Source: Opitutales bacterium (lineage in GTDB: Bacteria; Verrucomicrobiota; Verrucomicrobiia; Opitutales; UBA9783). Taken from it: a DNA stretch of 27,430 bases. Below, piece by piece: positions 16,547 to 24,628 of the stretch. The stretch is taken from contig JAFVCI010000002.1 of the NCBI GenBank assembly GCA_017479315.1, forward strand, positions 1 to 27,430, read 5' to 3'. A program made the translations under genes and the position numbers. A model generated the notes under the pieces. It did no database searches. It had not been told where the DNA came from and worked only from the letters and a program-made list of their open reading frames with translations. Within the stretch, counting starts at the first letter, position 1, and each line of letters begins with the position of its first letter.

Positions 16547-17932
16547 ATGCCCGATCTCATCCAGGAACATCCGATTGCGAGCAAGTTGGATCAATATACC
16601 TTCGAGGATTTAAATCATCTTGCGGAGAACGATTACCTTTCTCTGGATGCGGAAAAGCTGGCGCGGACGTCGCCGCACGAAATCGGCTTATTCCTGGAAC
16701 GCTTAACGGTTGAGGAACAGCGAAAATTTCTGCAGCGTTTATCGGAGAAAAACGCTTCCAACGTTTTGGCGGAAATGGACGCGGAAAATTCCGCCGAAGT
16801 GTTGAGTGCCATGCGGGAATTTCGGGCGGCGCGCATTATCGAACTGCTGGATCCCGACGACGCCGCCGATTTGGTCAGCAAGCTGGATGAAAGCGATCGC
16901 ATTCGTCTGCTGTCCCGCATCAAACCCGACCGCGCGTTTGTGTTGCGCAAACTGTTGCGTTACGATCCGAATACCGCCGGTGGTGTCATGACGCCCGAGG
17001 TCGTGACGTTACGCGAGACCTGGAACATCGGCGAAGCCTTGGAACACATTCGGAAAATTCCGAAGAAAATCGAAAACGTCTACAATTTGTACGTTACGGA
17101 TGGAGACAATCGGTTGCTGGGACTGACGACGCTGCGAAATCTTGTTTTTTCCGAACCGACCAAGCGCGTTTGCGACATCATGAACACGCAAATCCAAGCC
17201 ATCGCCTGCCTTCCCGAAACGGACAAAAACGCGGTTGCCAATACCATGGCGGAGTACAACGTCATGGACATTCCGATTGTGGACGAACAAAACCGCCTTT
17301 TGGGTTGCGTCACCCACGACGACGTTCTGGATATCGTTCAGGAAGCGGCAACGGCGGATTTGCAACAGTTGCACGGTGCGGGAGCCGACGAAAGCATCCA
17401 TGACGGCGTTTGGTACAGCGTTAAAAAGCGCAATCCCTGGCTGTTTATCAACCTCATTCTTGCCTTCCTATCCGCCTACATTATTTCCCGCTTCGGTTCC
17501 GTGATCGAACAAATGAGTTGGATGGCGGCGTTTATGACCGTCATTGCCAATCTCGGCGGCAACACCGGCGCGCAAACGCTGGCGGTCGCCATTCGCGGCC
17601 TGGCACTGGGGGAATTTCAAAAAGGCGACGGCTTGGGTATTTGCGGCAGGGAACTGTTAAAGGGACTGGTGAACGGACTTTTCATCGGTTTCTCCGGCGG
17701 TCTCATCGCAACCTGCATGATGCACAACGCCCTGATGGGTTTCACGGTGTTTCTGGCAATGGTCTTAACCATGGTGCTTTCGGGATTTTTTGCCGCCTTC
17801 ATTCCCATCGTCCTGAAACATTTCAAATGCGACCCCGCCCAAAGTTCCTACATTTTTCTCACCGCTTTCACGGATGTTGCCGGTCTGTTCATCTTCCTGA
17901 AACTCGGCACTTGTTTGCTGTTGTCGCGGTGA
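16547..17932 (+). CDS. mgtE: Magnesium transporter MgtE
   Basis: MgtE N-domain (LDPDDAADL), TAGGVMTPE, tandem CBS domains, RNPWLFINL, GGNTGAQT and TAFTDVAG. Confidence 0.96.
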   Translation: MPDLIQEHPIASKLDQYTFEDLNHLAENDYLSLDAEKLARTSPHEIGLFLERLTVEEQRKFLQRLSEKNASNVLAEMDAENSAEVLSAMREFRAARIIELLDPDDAADLVSKLDESDRIRLLSRIKPDRAFVLRKLLRYDPNTAGGVMTPEVVTLRETWNIGEALEHIRKIPKKIENVYNLYVTDGDNRLLGLTTLRNLVFSEPTKRVCDIMNTQIQAIACLPETDKNAVANTMAEYNVMDIPIVDEQNRLLGCVTHDDVLDIVQEAATADLQQLHGAGADESIHDGVWYSVKKRNPWLFINLILAFLSAYIISRFGSVIEQMSWMAAFMTVIANLGGNTGAQTLAVAIRGLALGEFQKGDGLGICGRELLKGLVNGLFIGFSGGLIATCMMHNALMGFTVFLAMVLTMVLSGFFAAFIPIVLKHFKCDPAQSSYIFLTAFTDVAGLFIFLKLGTCLLLSR

Positions 17933-17945
17933 AATTCGTTTTCTT

Positions 17946-17985
17946 GCCGCAGTTGTACTCCGAAACGGAGCAACTCGGCTCCGTT
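17946..17985 (+). promoter_or_regulatory. Two mutually exclusive hairpins just after mgtE
   Basis: Hairpin 1 spans 17946-17979 (gccg/agttg/ctccg paired with cggag/caact/cggc). Hairpin 2 is aacggagc (17964-17971) / gctccgtt (17978-17985), a perfect 8 bp. Both use the cggag segment. Confidence 0.4.
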
Positions 17986-18080
17986 GTTATCCGCGATAAT
18001 GTTTAATTTTCCCGAAAAACATAAAATACTTCTTTTTTCTCATGAGTTCTTTAACATAAAAATCGCATCCGTCGTCGCTC

Positions 18081-19091
18081 ATGGATAACGAACCTGCTTT
18101 TCAAACCATCCAAACCGTCAAACAACTGGAAAACGGCGCACCGTTTAAGACCGTTGCCGCCGTCCGTCGCATCCACAAAAAAGTCGGGAAAACCGGCAAT
18201 CCGTTCCTGCAGATCGAAGTCGGCGATGCAATCGATACCTTCACGTTTAATTGCTTTGACGGAACCGCGCCGTTTCTCTTTTTCCAAAAAACCGCTTCCA
18301 AATGCCCGCAAATCATCATTATCGAGGGCTTTATCGAGTTTTTTGCCGACAAATTGAGCCCGCGCATCAAGAGCGTTTGGGACATTCCCGAAGAACAGTA
18401 CGAAGCATACTTGCCGAAAGTTATTGAAACGCCCGAAGAACCCTTGGAAGAACTGCAGGCTTCGCTGACGGAATTTATCGAAAGCATTCAATATTCCGCC
18501 CTGCGTGCAACCGTTCGGCAGGTTTTTGAAGAGCTCGGCGAGCAGTTTGTCAACAGCGTCGCGGCGGTTTCGATGCACCACGCCTACATTCACGGTCTGC
18601 TGGAACATACGGTGCACGTAACGCGGGTTGTACGGGCACTGCTGCCGTTATACAAAGAGGTCAATGCGGATTTGGCAATCGCAGGTGCGCTTTTGCACGA
18701 CGTCGGAAAGGTTTTGGAATATCATTACACCGCAGCCGACGGCATCGACCGCACCGATATCGGGCGCCTGCAGGGACACGTCGTTCTCGGTTACCGCCTC
18801 ACCCGAAGCGCGGCTTTAAAAAATCATCTGCATCCCGTTTGGCTGGAACAACTGGAACACATCGTTTTATCCCATCAGGGCGAACCAGAATGGGGCGCCG
18901 CCGTGTACCCTGCAACCGCGGAAGCCGTTCTCGTCAGCCTTGCGGATAACGCCGACGCCCGCATGGGCATGGTGCATCAACAACTGAAAAAAGCCGTCCC
19001 GACACAAACCTTTTCGGATTTTGTGCCGGGATTGGAGACGCGGTTGTACACAAAGGCGCTGGCGAGCGTGAAGGAAACGGAGGAAATTTGA
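18081..19091 (+). CDS. OB-fold + HD-domain 3'-5' exoribonuclease, YhaM/Cbf1 family
   Basis: N-terminal KTGNPFLQIEVGD (OB fold), HHAYIHGLLEHT, ALLHDVGK, SHQGEPEWG and LADNADA. Confidence 0.88.
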   Translation: MDNEPAFQTIQTVKQLENGAPFKTVAAVRRIHKKVGKTGNPFLQIEVGDAIDTFTFNCFDGTAPFLFFQKTASKCPQIIIIEGFIEFFADKLSPRIKSVWDIPEEQYEAYLPKVIETPEEPLEELQASLTEFIESIQYSALRATVRQVFEELGEQFVNSVAAVSMHHAYIHGLLEHTVHVTRVVRALLPLYKEVNADLAIAGALLHDVGKVLEYHYTAADGIDRTDIGRLQGHVVLGYRLTRSAALKNHLHPVWLEQLEHIVLSHQGEPEWGAAVYPATAEAVLVSLADNADARMGMVHQQLKKAVPTQTFSDFVPGLETRLYTKALASVKETEEI

Positions 19092-19142
19092 CGGTTTTTT
19101 ACAGAACCTCGTTTATTCTCGCCATTCTCCACAAATGCTTCC

Positions 19143-19931
19143 ATGCCAGGCGACCTCAAAAACGCATTGCAAAACAAACCGCTTTTCCAAACAATAACCC
19201 TGGTGGAAGAGCGGTTACAGAAGGTACTCGCGCGCGTGTACGGAATTTCCAGACGGCATGCGGAAGAGATGATTGCCGACGGAGCGGTCTGTATCAATGG
19301 CGAAACGGCACACCTCGGCAGTAAGATTGACTGCGCGAAAGATACACTGACGGTGGGGCAAAGAAAGTTACAACCGCACCTGTTGCAGTCGCAAAATTTC
19401 CAAGAGGTTTGGATGTTGTTTAAGCCGAAAGGCGTTATTTGCACGCACGATGCTCCGTTGGCGCGCAACGCGCTGGAAATGTATGTTCCGCCCGTTTTGC
19501 GGCGTCAAAAGTGGATGTTCATCGGTCGTTTGGACAAAGACAGCGAAGGTTTGCTGTTGCTGACCAACGACGGGCAGTTGGCGCACCGCGTGGCGCATCC
19601 ATCCTCCGGCATCGAGAAAGTCTACCGCGTGCACCTGGATAAAGCGTTCGATTTGTCGATTTGCAACGAACTGAAGCAGGGACGCACCTGCCAGGGCGAA
19701 CATTTAAGTTTCAAGTCCGTTCATGTCGTCAATTCCCACAAAATCGATATCACGTTGGGACAGGGCAAAAAGCGCGAAATTCGACGATTATTGTTTTCAT
19801 TCGGCTACGAAGTGCTAAAATTAAAGCGTTGGAGGATCGGCGGACTGATACTCGACAAAAAACTGGCACCGGGGCAATCGCGCCGTTTGACAGCAAAAGA
19901 AGTGAAACAGATTTTCGAAAACGCATGCTGA
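19143..19931 (+). CDS. rRNA pseudouridine synthase, RsuA/RluB/E/F family
   Basis: S4 domain (RLQKVLA...SRRHAEEMIADGAV), KPKGVICT, catalytic GRLDKDSEGLLLLTNDG, GKKREIRR. Confidence 0.93.
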   Translation: MPGDLKNALQNKPLFQTITLVEERLQKVLARVYGISRRHAEEMIADGAVCINGETAHLGSKIDCAKDTLTVGQRKLQPHLLQSQNFQEVWMLFKPKGVICTHDAPLARNALEMYVPPVLRRQKWMFIGRLDKDSEGLLLLTNDGQLAHRVAHPSSGIEKVYRVHLDKAFDLSICNELKQGRTCQGEHLSFKSVHVVNSHKIDITLGQGKKREIRRLLFSFGYEVLKLKRWRIGGLILDKKLAPGQSRRLTAKEVKQIFENAC

Positions 19932-20314
19932 GGGTTGTTGCAGTTTTTTGGATTCTTTGTTTCGAGAGCGGCTTGTGTTCGGCTTGGACGAAACCGTCGC
20001 ACGGTGACAAAAGCTCCGCAACATCCGAAAAAGCGACCAAAACGTTATCATCCGTTCGAAACTTCGAGGGTGTAATCAAAACGGTCGGTTTTTTGGATAA
20101 AATGTCGTTTTGGTGGCAAAATTTGAAAGACGTTCATTATTGTCTGTGTGATAAAAAGAACAGACCGATCGCGTTTTTAAGGTCTCCGCAGGACGTTCGC
20201 AAAGCGCATCAATTGAAAAAACTCGTTCATCGGAACGTCTGCATTAAAGGTATTCCGCAGTACATTAACAAAGAGCCGTACCTCTTAATCATTGTCGAAG
20301 ATGTGTGCCCGTAA
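19925..20314 (+). CDS. Hypothetical exported protein (129 aa)
   Basis: Likely start ATG 19925 (MLRVVAVFWILCFESGLCSA/W, signal-peptide-like). Overlaps both neighbours in operon fashion. The 19661 start in the track overlaps the upstream gene heavily. Confidence 0.65.
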   Translation: MLRVVAVFWILCFESGLCSAWTKPSHGDKSSATSEKATKTLSSVRNFEGVIKTVGFLDKMSFWWQNLKDVHYCLCDKKNRPIAFLRSPQDVRKAHQLKKLVHRNVCIKGIPQYINKEPYLLIIVEDVCP

Positions 20315-21185
20315 TACGCGGATTTTGTTCGGGAAGCCTGTTGCGGATGCGATTTTGACGTCCGTGCGGAAGGAGGTTGCGACTTTAAAAGGACGTCCGC
20401 CGTCGGTGGTTTTTTTGCGCGTCGGAGAGGACGGAGCCTCCGTCTCTTACGTTAAACAAAAGGCAAAATGCGCGTCCAAAGTCGGCATTCAAAGCGAAAC
20501 ACGCGTTTTCGACGAAACGACAACGGAAGAACAACTTTTGGCGGAAATTGCCCGCTTAAACAAAGATCCGAACGTCGACGGCATTTTGGTTCAGTTGCCG
20601 TTGCCGAAACACATAAATACTCTCAACATTCTTCGCGCCGTCGATTCGAAAAAGGACATAGACGGCTTTACCGATATCAATTGCGGTCATTTGTGGCAGG
20701 GCGACGGTTCGTTGATACCGTGTACGCCCGCCGGGATTATTGAACTTTTAAAGTATTACCGCATCACAACGGAGGGCAAACAGGTTGTCATCGTCAATCG
20801 CAGTTCGATTGTCGGGAAACCGCTGGCGGCGTTATTATTGCGACATTCGGAATTCGGGAATGCCACCGTCACCGTTTGCCATTCGTACACGCAAAATTTG
20901 TCCGACATCACCAAACAAGCCGATATTTTGGTGCTTGCCTGCGGAAAACCGCATGCCTTCGGGCGTGATTACGTGAAAGAAGGCGCCGTCGTCATTGATG
21001 TCGGCATCAATCGCGTGCCCGCCGATAACGAACGCGGGTACATGATTCGGGGTGATGCGGATATGGAAGCATTGACGGGGTATGTTGACACACTCACACC
21101 CGTCCCGGGAGGCATCGGACCGCTGACGGTTGCGATGTTGATGAAAAACACGTTGCAAGCGTATTACCTATGTCAACAGCCGTGA
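20301..21185 (+). CDS. folD: Bifunctional methylenetetrahydrofolate dehydrogenase/cyclohydrolase
   Basis: SVSYVKQK, DGILVQLPLP, KDIDGF, PCTPAGI, NRSSIVGKP, NATVTVCHS, PVPGGIGPLTVAML. Start is ATG 20301 or TTG 20292. Confidence 0.97.
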   Translation: MCARNTRILFGKPVADAILTSVRKEVATLKGRPPSVVFLRVGEDGASVSYVKQKAKCASKVGIQSETRVFDETTTEEQLLAEIARLNKDPNVDGILVQLPLPKHINTLNILRAVDSKKDIDGFTDINCGHLWQGDGSLIPCTPAGIIELLKYYRITTEGKQVVIVNRSSIVGKPLAALLLRHSEFGNATVTVCHSYTQNLSDITKQADILVLACGKPHAFGRDYVKEGAVVIDVGINRVPADNERGYMIRGDADMEALTGYVDTLTPVPGGIGPLTVAMLMKNTLQAYYLCQQP

Positions 21186-21823
21186 ATAAAATTCAAAGTA
21201 CATTTTTGCCGCCGGCACCGATCACGCAACGCATGCTTGCGATGCTGTGCGATTTGGTTTTGCTTTTTCTGCTGAATATCTTCATCGTCGGGAAGCTGTG
21301 GTTACCGCTTTATCATGCGGAGGCGATGGCGCAATTTCAAATCCTGATCGAAACCTACTCGCTTCAACTGCTTCAGGGGCACATAGGCGGATTTTTCGCG
21401 GAGCTCAAAAACAGCCCCGAACTGTTACACATGTTCCAAGCACTCGATTGGGTTTTATTTTGGCTCGCCTGGGGATATTACGCCGTCAACGGTTGTTTTT
21501 TTCAAGGCGGTACCCTCGGAAAGCAAATTTTCAACCTGCGCATCCTGAAATTGCCGCAGCTGAAACCGCTGTCCTTTTTTGACAACGTTTGGCGTTCGGG
21601 AACATTTATCTTCTTTCTGCTGACAGGATTCCCGTTTTTGGCGGCATTGGATTTCTTTTGGATGTGCGTTCAACGACAGCACCGCGGACTGCACGATTTA
21701 TTCTGTCAAACGTACGTCGTCAATTGCACGCTGTTGGAGCAAATTCAGGGACAAATCGGTGAAGCGGTGCGTTCGGTGGTTCAGGCGGAAAAATCGAAGG
21801 AAGATACGGAAAAATCAGAATAG
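21170..21823 (+). CDS. RDD-family membrane protein
   Basis: APITQRMLAMLCD (RDD-like), GTLGKQIFNLRI and RGLHDLFCQTYVV, plus TM segments. Confidence 0.85.
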   Translation: MSTAVNKIQSTFLPPAPITQRMLAMLCDLVLLFLLNIFIVGKLWLPLYHAEAMAQFQILIETYSLQLLQGHIGGFFAELKNSPELLHMFQALDWVLFWLAWGYYAVNGCFFQGGTLGKQIFNLRILKLPQLKPLSFFDNVWRSGTFIFFLLTGFPFLAALDFFWMCVQRQHRGLHDLFCQTYVVNCTLLEQIQGQIGEAVRSVVQAEKSKEDTEKSE

Positions 21824-21848
21824 ATCTTGGAAATTTTGTTTCCCGAAC

Positions 21849-22793
21849 CTACTCGCTTTGCTCAATTTGCCGCAACACCGCTTCGGCAACGGCTTCCGGA
21901 GAAACGTTTTTCAAATCGCCATTCGTTGCCTGAAAAATACAATGTTCCGCCGTCGGATACGGTCCGGAACGCTGTCCGCTTGTGGGTCCGTAAATACCGA
22001 CCAACGGTTTTTTCAACGCCGCCGCCAGATGCACGGGACCGCTGTCATTGGCAATCACGCATCGTGCCGATTGAATGAGCGTCGGCAAATCCGATAAACG
22101 TGTCTGACCGATAAAATTCGTAAAACGCGGATGTTGCGGCACCCCCTTCGGCACTCGTTGCCCGATCCATACACAACGGTACGGCGTTTGTTCCAACAGC
22201 AATCGCGTCAATTCGGAGAAAAACGGCCATTCCTTTTCGATGCGACCGCTGTTCGGAAACAACAAAATCGAGCCTTTTTCGAACGGAAAATGCCAATCGC
22301 TCGTTTTCAGCGTCAACGGTCGTTGCGGTTGTGAATGCAATCCTAACGGCGTCAACAAGGATTGCAAAATATCCACCTCATGGAACGGCGCAAAAGTCGG
22401 CATGAAGGTCTTTTTATAAAAAAACCGCGCTCCTTCGCGCGCATTGCCGCGTCCGATTTTCTCTGTTGCTTTTACAAAAAACGTCATCAGTCCCGTTCGC
22501 AAAAGTCCTTGCCCGTCAATAAGGTAATCATACCGATACGCACGCACCTCTTTTATTAAACGGCAAAAGCCACGGATACCGCCGTGACGTTCAAAAATGA
22601 AAAGCTTCGAAATAACGGGGCTCAGACGCAAAAATTCCGCAAAACAATCGCGAATAATCCAATGAATATCCAAGGAAATGCCGTTTTTCTCCGCCGCTCG
22701 ATACAAACCTTCAACTGCCTGCAGCATTTGGACAACGTCCCCGAATGCCGACGGTTTGACGATTAAAATTTTATATTCTTGTGAAGATTGCAC
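21849..22793 (-). CDS. Glycosyltransferase family 9 (LPS heptosyltransferase WaaC/WaaF-like)
   Basis: KILIVKPSAFGDVV, IDGQGLLRT, KEWP, VIANDSGPVHLAAAL, IYGPT. Confidence 0.92.
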   Translation of the reverse strand: MQSSQEYKILIVKPSAFGDVVQMLQAVEGLYRAAEKNGISLDIHWIIRDCFAEFLRLSPVISKLFIFERHGGIRGFCRLIKEVRAYRYDYLIDGQGLLRTGLMTFFVKATEKIGRGNAREGARFFYKKTFMPTFAPFHEVDILQSLLTPLGLHSQPQRPLTLKTSDWHFPFEKGSILLFPNSGRIEKEWPFFSELTRLLLEQTPYRCVWIGQRVPKGVPQHPRFTNFIGQTRLSDLPTLIQSARCVIANDSGPVHLAAALKKPLVGIYGPTSGQRSGPYPTAEHCIFQATNGDLKNVSPEAVAEAVLRQIEQSE

Positions 22794-22972
22794 GAGCTAT
22801 CTGTCCTCCTACAGGGTAGCAGGTTGTATTTGAACAGACAATATCCATACTTATCATCGGATATTGCAATACCGAAAAAAGCACTGCTGTTTGGATTTTT
22901 ACAAAAATTGCATCCCAAAGCTCTTAAACATTCTGCCCGTATGCTCACAGCGAAACAAATATCCACCCGCGT

Positions 22973-23007
22973 ACGAAAAAAGCCGCAAAACGGCGGTTTT
23001 TTTTCGT
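22973..23007. terminator. Bidirectional-type intrinsic terminator
   Basis: acgaaaaaa-gccgc-aaaacg-gcggt-tttttttcgt: a GC stem flanked by A- and T-tracts, about 30 nt downstream of the paralog pair. Confidence 0.7.
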
Positions 23008-23033
23008 GATTGATTATGCGTAAAATAAAATTC

Positions 23034-23795
23034 TCACTTTCTCTTTTTCAACTTCTTCTGCTTTATTTCCTCTTTGCTTTCTTCATCAAAAATTATCTTA
23101 TTACGGTTTGTTATTATTTTCTTTTCCATTTCTTGATCTGACTCACTTTGTCCCGATTCGCAATCCTTACCAAATTCAAGGCGATACAGGAGTCGACGAT
23201 CCCACTTTAGGTCTTTCACCGGATCCTTATTTATAATCAAAACTTTACACTTTTTATCATCACCTATATCTTCCGCACTCTTATCACCCTCTTTTTTGCC
23301 TTCAACCTCTGCCTCTGGGGCATTCCTCTTTTTATTCAAAAATTTATCCTTTTCACCATCACCCTCTCTTTTGCCTTTAGCCTTTTTTGGAAGATACTTC
23401 TCTTTCAACCCTCGTACATAACGACTGAGACGTTTTACTTCACTTGCATCATTCCTCAAAAGAAAAGGATCGATGTGTTTTCTCTCCTTACCACCTCCAT
23501 CGTATTTATACTCAGTCAGTAATGAGGCTACTCGTTCATTCGGAACACTCAAAGGCACGAGAATGCATTTGTAATTCTCCGACGGAATCAGAAATACAGT
23601 TTGAGAGCAAAGTTCCCAACTATGATGCATCCCATTTTCACACGCATCGCAAGGTCTATCGCCCGTCTCTGTACACATCTCATCTTGCTTATGTTCGTGT
23701 CCGAAACTGCATTTCCAGCAAAACGCGCCTTCAAGGCTCCCTGCAATCATACTGCCACCAAGCAGAACGACTTTGCTTAAACTTTTCGCATCCAT
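23034..23795 (-). CDS. Hypothetical exported Cys/His-motif protein, paralog 1, Lys/Glu-rich tail
   Basis: 253 aa. SD GGAG upstream. Signal-peptide-like N-terminus (…LEGAFC/W). Aligns by eye with the upstream paralog over about 130 aa. Low GC. Confidence 0.85.
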   Translation of the reverse strand: MDAKSLSKVVLLGGSMIAGSLEGAFCWKCSFGHEHKQDEMCTETGDRPCDACENGMHHSWELCSQTVFLIPSENYKCILVPLSVPNERVASLLTEYKYDGGGKERKHIDPFLLRNDASEVKRLSRYVRGLKEKYLPKKAKGKREGDGEKDKFLNKKRNAPEAEVEGKKEGDKSAEDIGDDKKCKVLIINKDPVKDLKWDRRLLYRLEFGKDCESGQSESDQEMEKKIITNRNKIIFDEESKEEIKQKKLKKRK

Positions 23796-23809
23796 ACAAA
23801 ATACTTCTC

Positions 23810-24496
23810 CTATTTTTTATCCTTCTTTTCCTGTAATTTTCTTTTCAAAGATCTCTCCTTTATCGCCAATTTTTCTGCTTCTTCTCGCCTCTTAATCTCC
23901 TCCATTTTTTTCCTCTCTTCTTCCTTTTCCGCATCGGACATTGGCACTCCTATTTTCTTTTTTTCTTGTTGTAAAAAAGTGCTAATTTTTTCCAATCGCC
24001 GTCGTTTTTTTTCTTCTGACTCTTGTACCTCTTTTCCCTTTTGGAACTGTCCGCGAAGCTTTTTGTTTTCTTCCGAAAACTTCTCTTTCAACTCTTGTAC
24101 TCGAGATTCAAGGCGTCGTACCTCGATGTTTTGATCAGACTCGATTTCCGGGCAATACTCTGCGTACCGTTCGTCTCTTCGTACATTACTGCATCCGTAT
24201 TCATACCATAATTCGGCGATTTTTCTCTCCGGAACTCTGTACGGAAGAATAACATACTTTATACCTTCCGATCGGAAACCGAACACCGATTGAGGACAAA
24301 CTTCATACCCACTGTGATAATCCGAAGTACACATGGGATTATCACAGGCTCGTTCCCACTGCCAGCAACAAAAACATGCTTCATCCTTTTTATGTTCAAC
24401 TCCTCTACTGCATTTCCAGGCAAACGCACTCTCGATGTTCACCGCAGGAATACTGATACCGAATAAGCCGATTTTTATGAAACTTTTTGCATCCAT
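23810..24496 (-). CDS. Hypothetical exported Cys/His-motif protein, paralog 2, Lys/Glu/Arg-rich tail
   Basis: Start placed at ATG 24496 (MDAKS) by homology with paralog 1. Signal-peptide-like N-terminus (…IESAFA/W) and the shared WKCS.G.EHK.DE.C motif. Confidence 0.85.
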   Translation of the reverse strand: MDAKSFIKIGLFGISIPAVNIESAFAWKCSRGVEHKKDEACFCCWQWERACDNPMCTSDYHSGYEVCPQSVFGFRSEGIKYVILPYRVPERKIAELWYEYGCSNVRRDERYAEYCPEIESDQNIEVRRLESRVQELKEKFSEENKKLRGQFQKGKEVQESEEKKRRRLEKISTFLQQEKKKIGVPMSDAEKEEERKKMEEIKRREEAEKLAIKERSLKRKLQEKKDKK

Positions 24497-24628
24497 TTCC
24501 TCATGCAAAACATTTTTTTAGAAAAAAAGAAACAAAAAAAATACAAAAAATTCCGCAGAAAGAAAACAGCGGCATTTTTTTCTCAAAAAAACGAAACAAG
24601 TAAAGTCAGAAGGATAACAGCAAGCACC

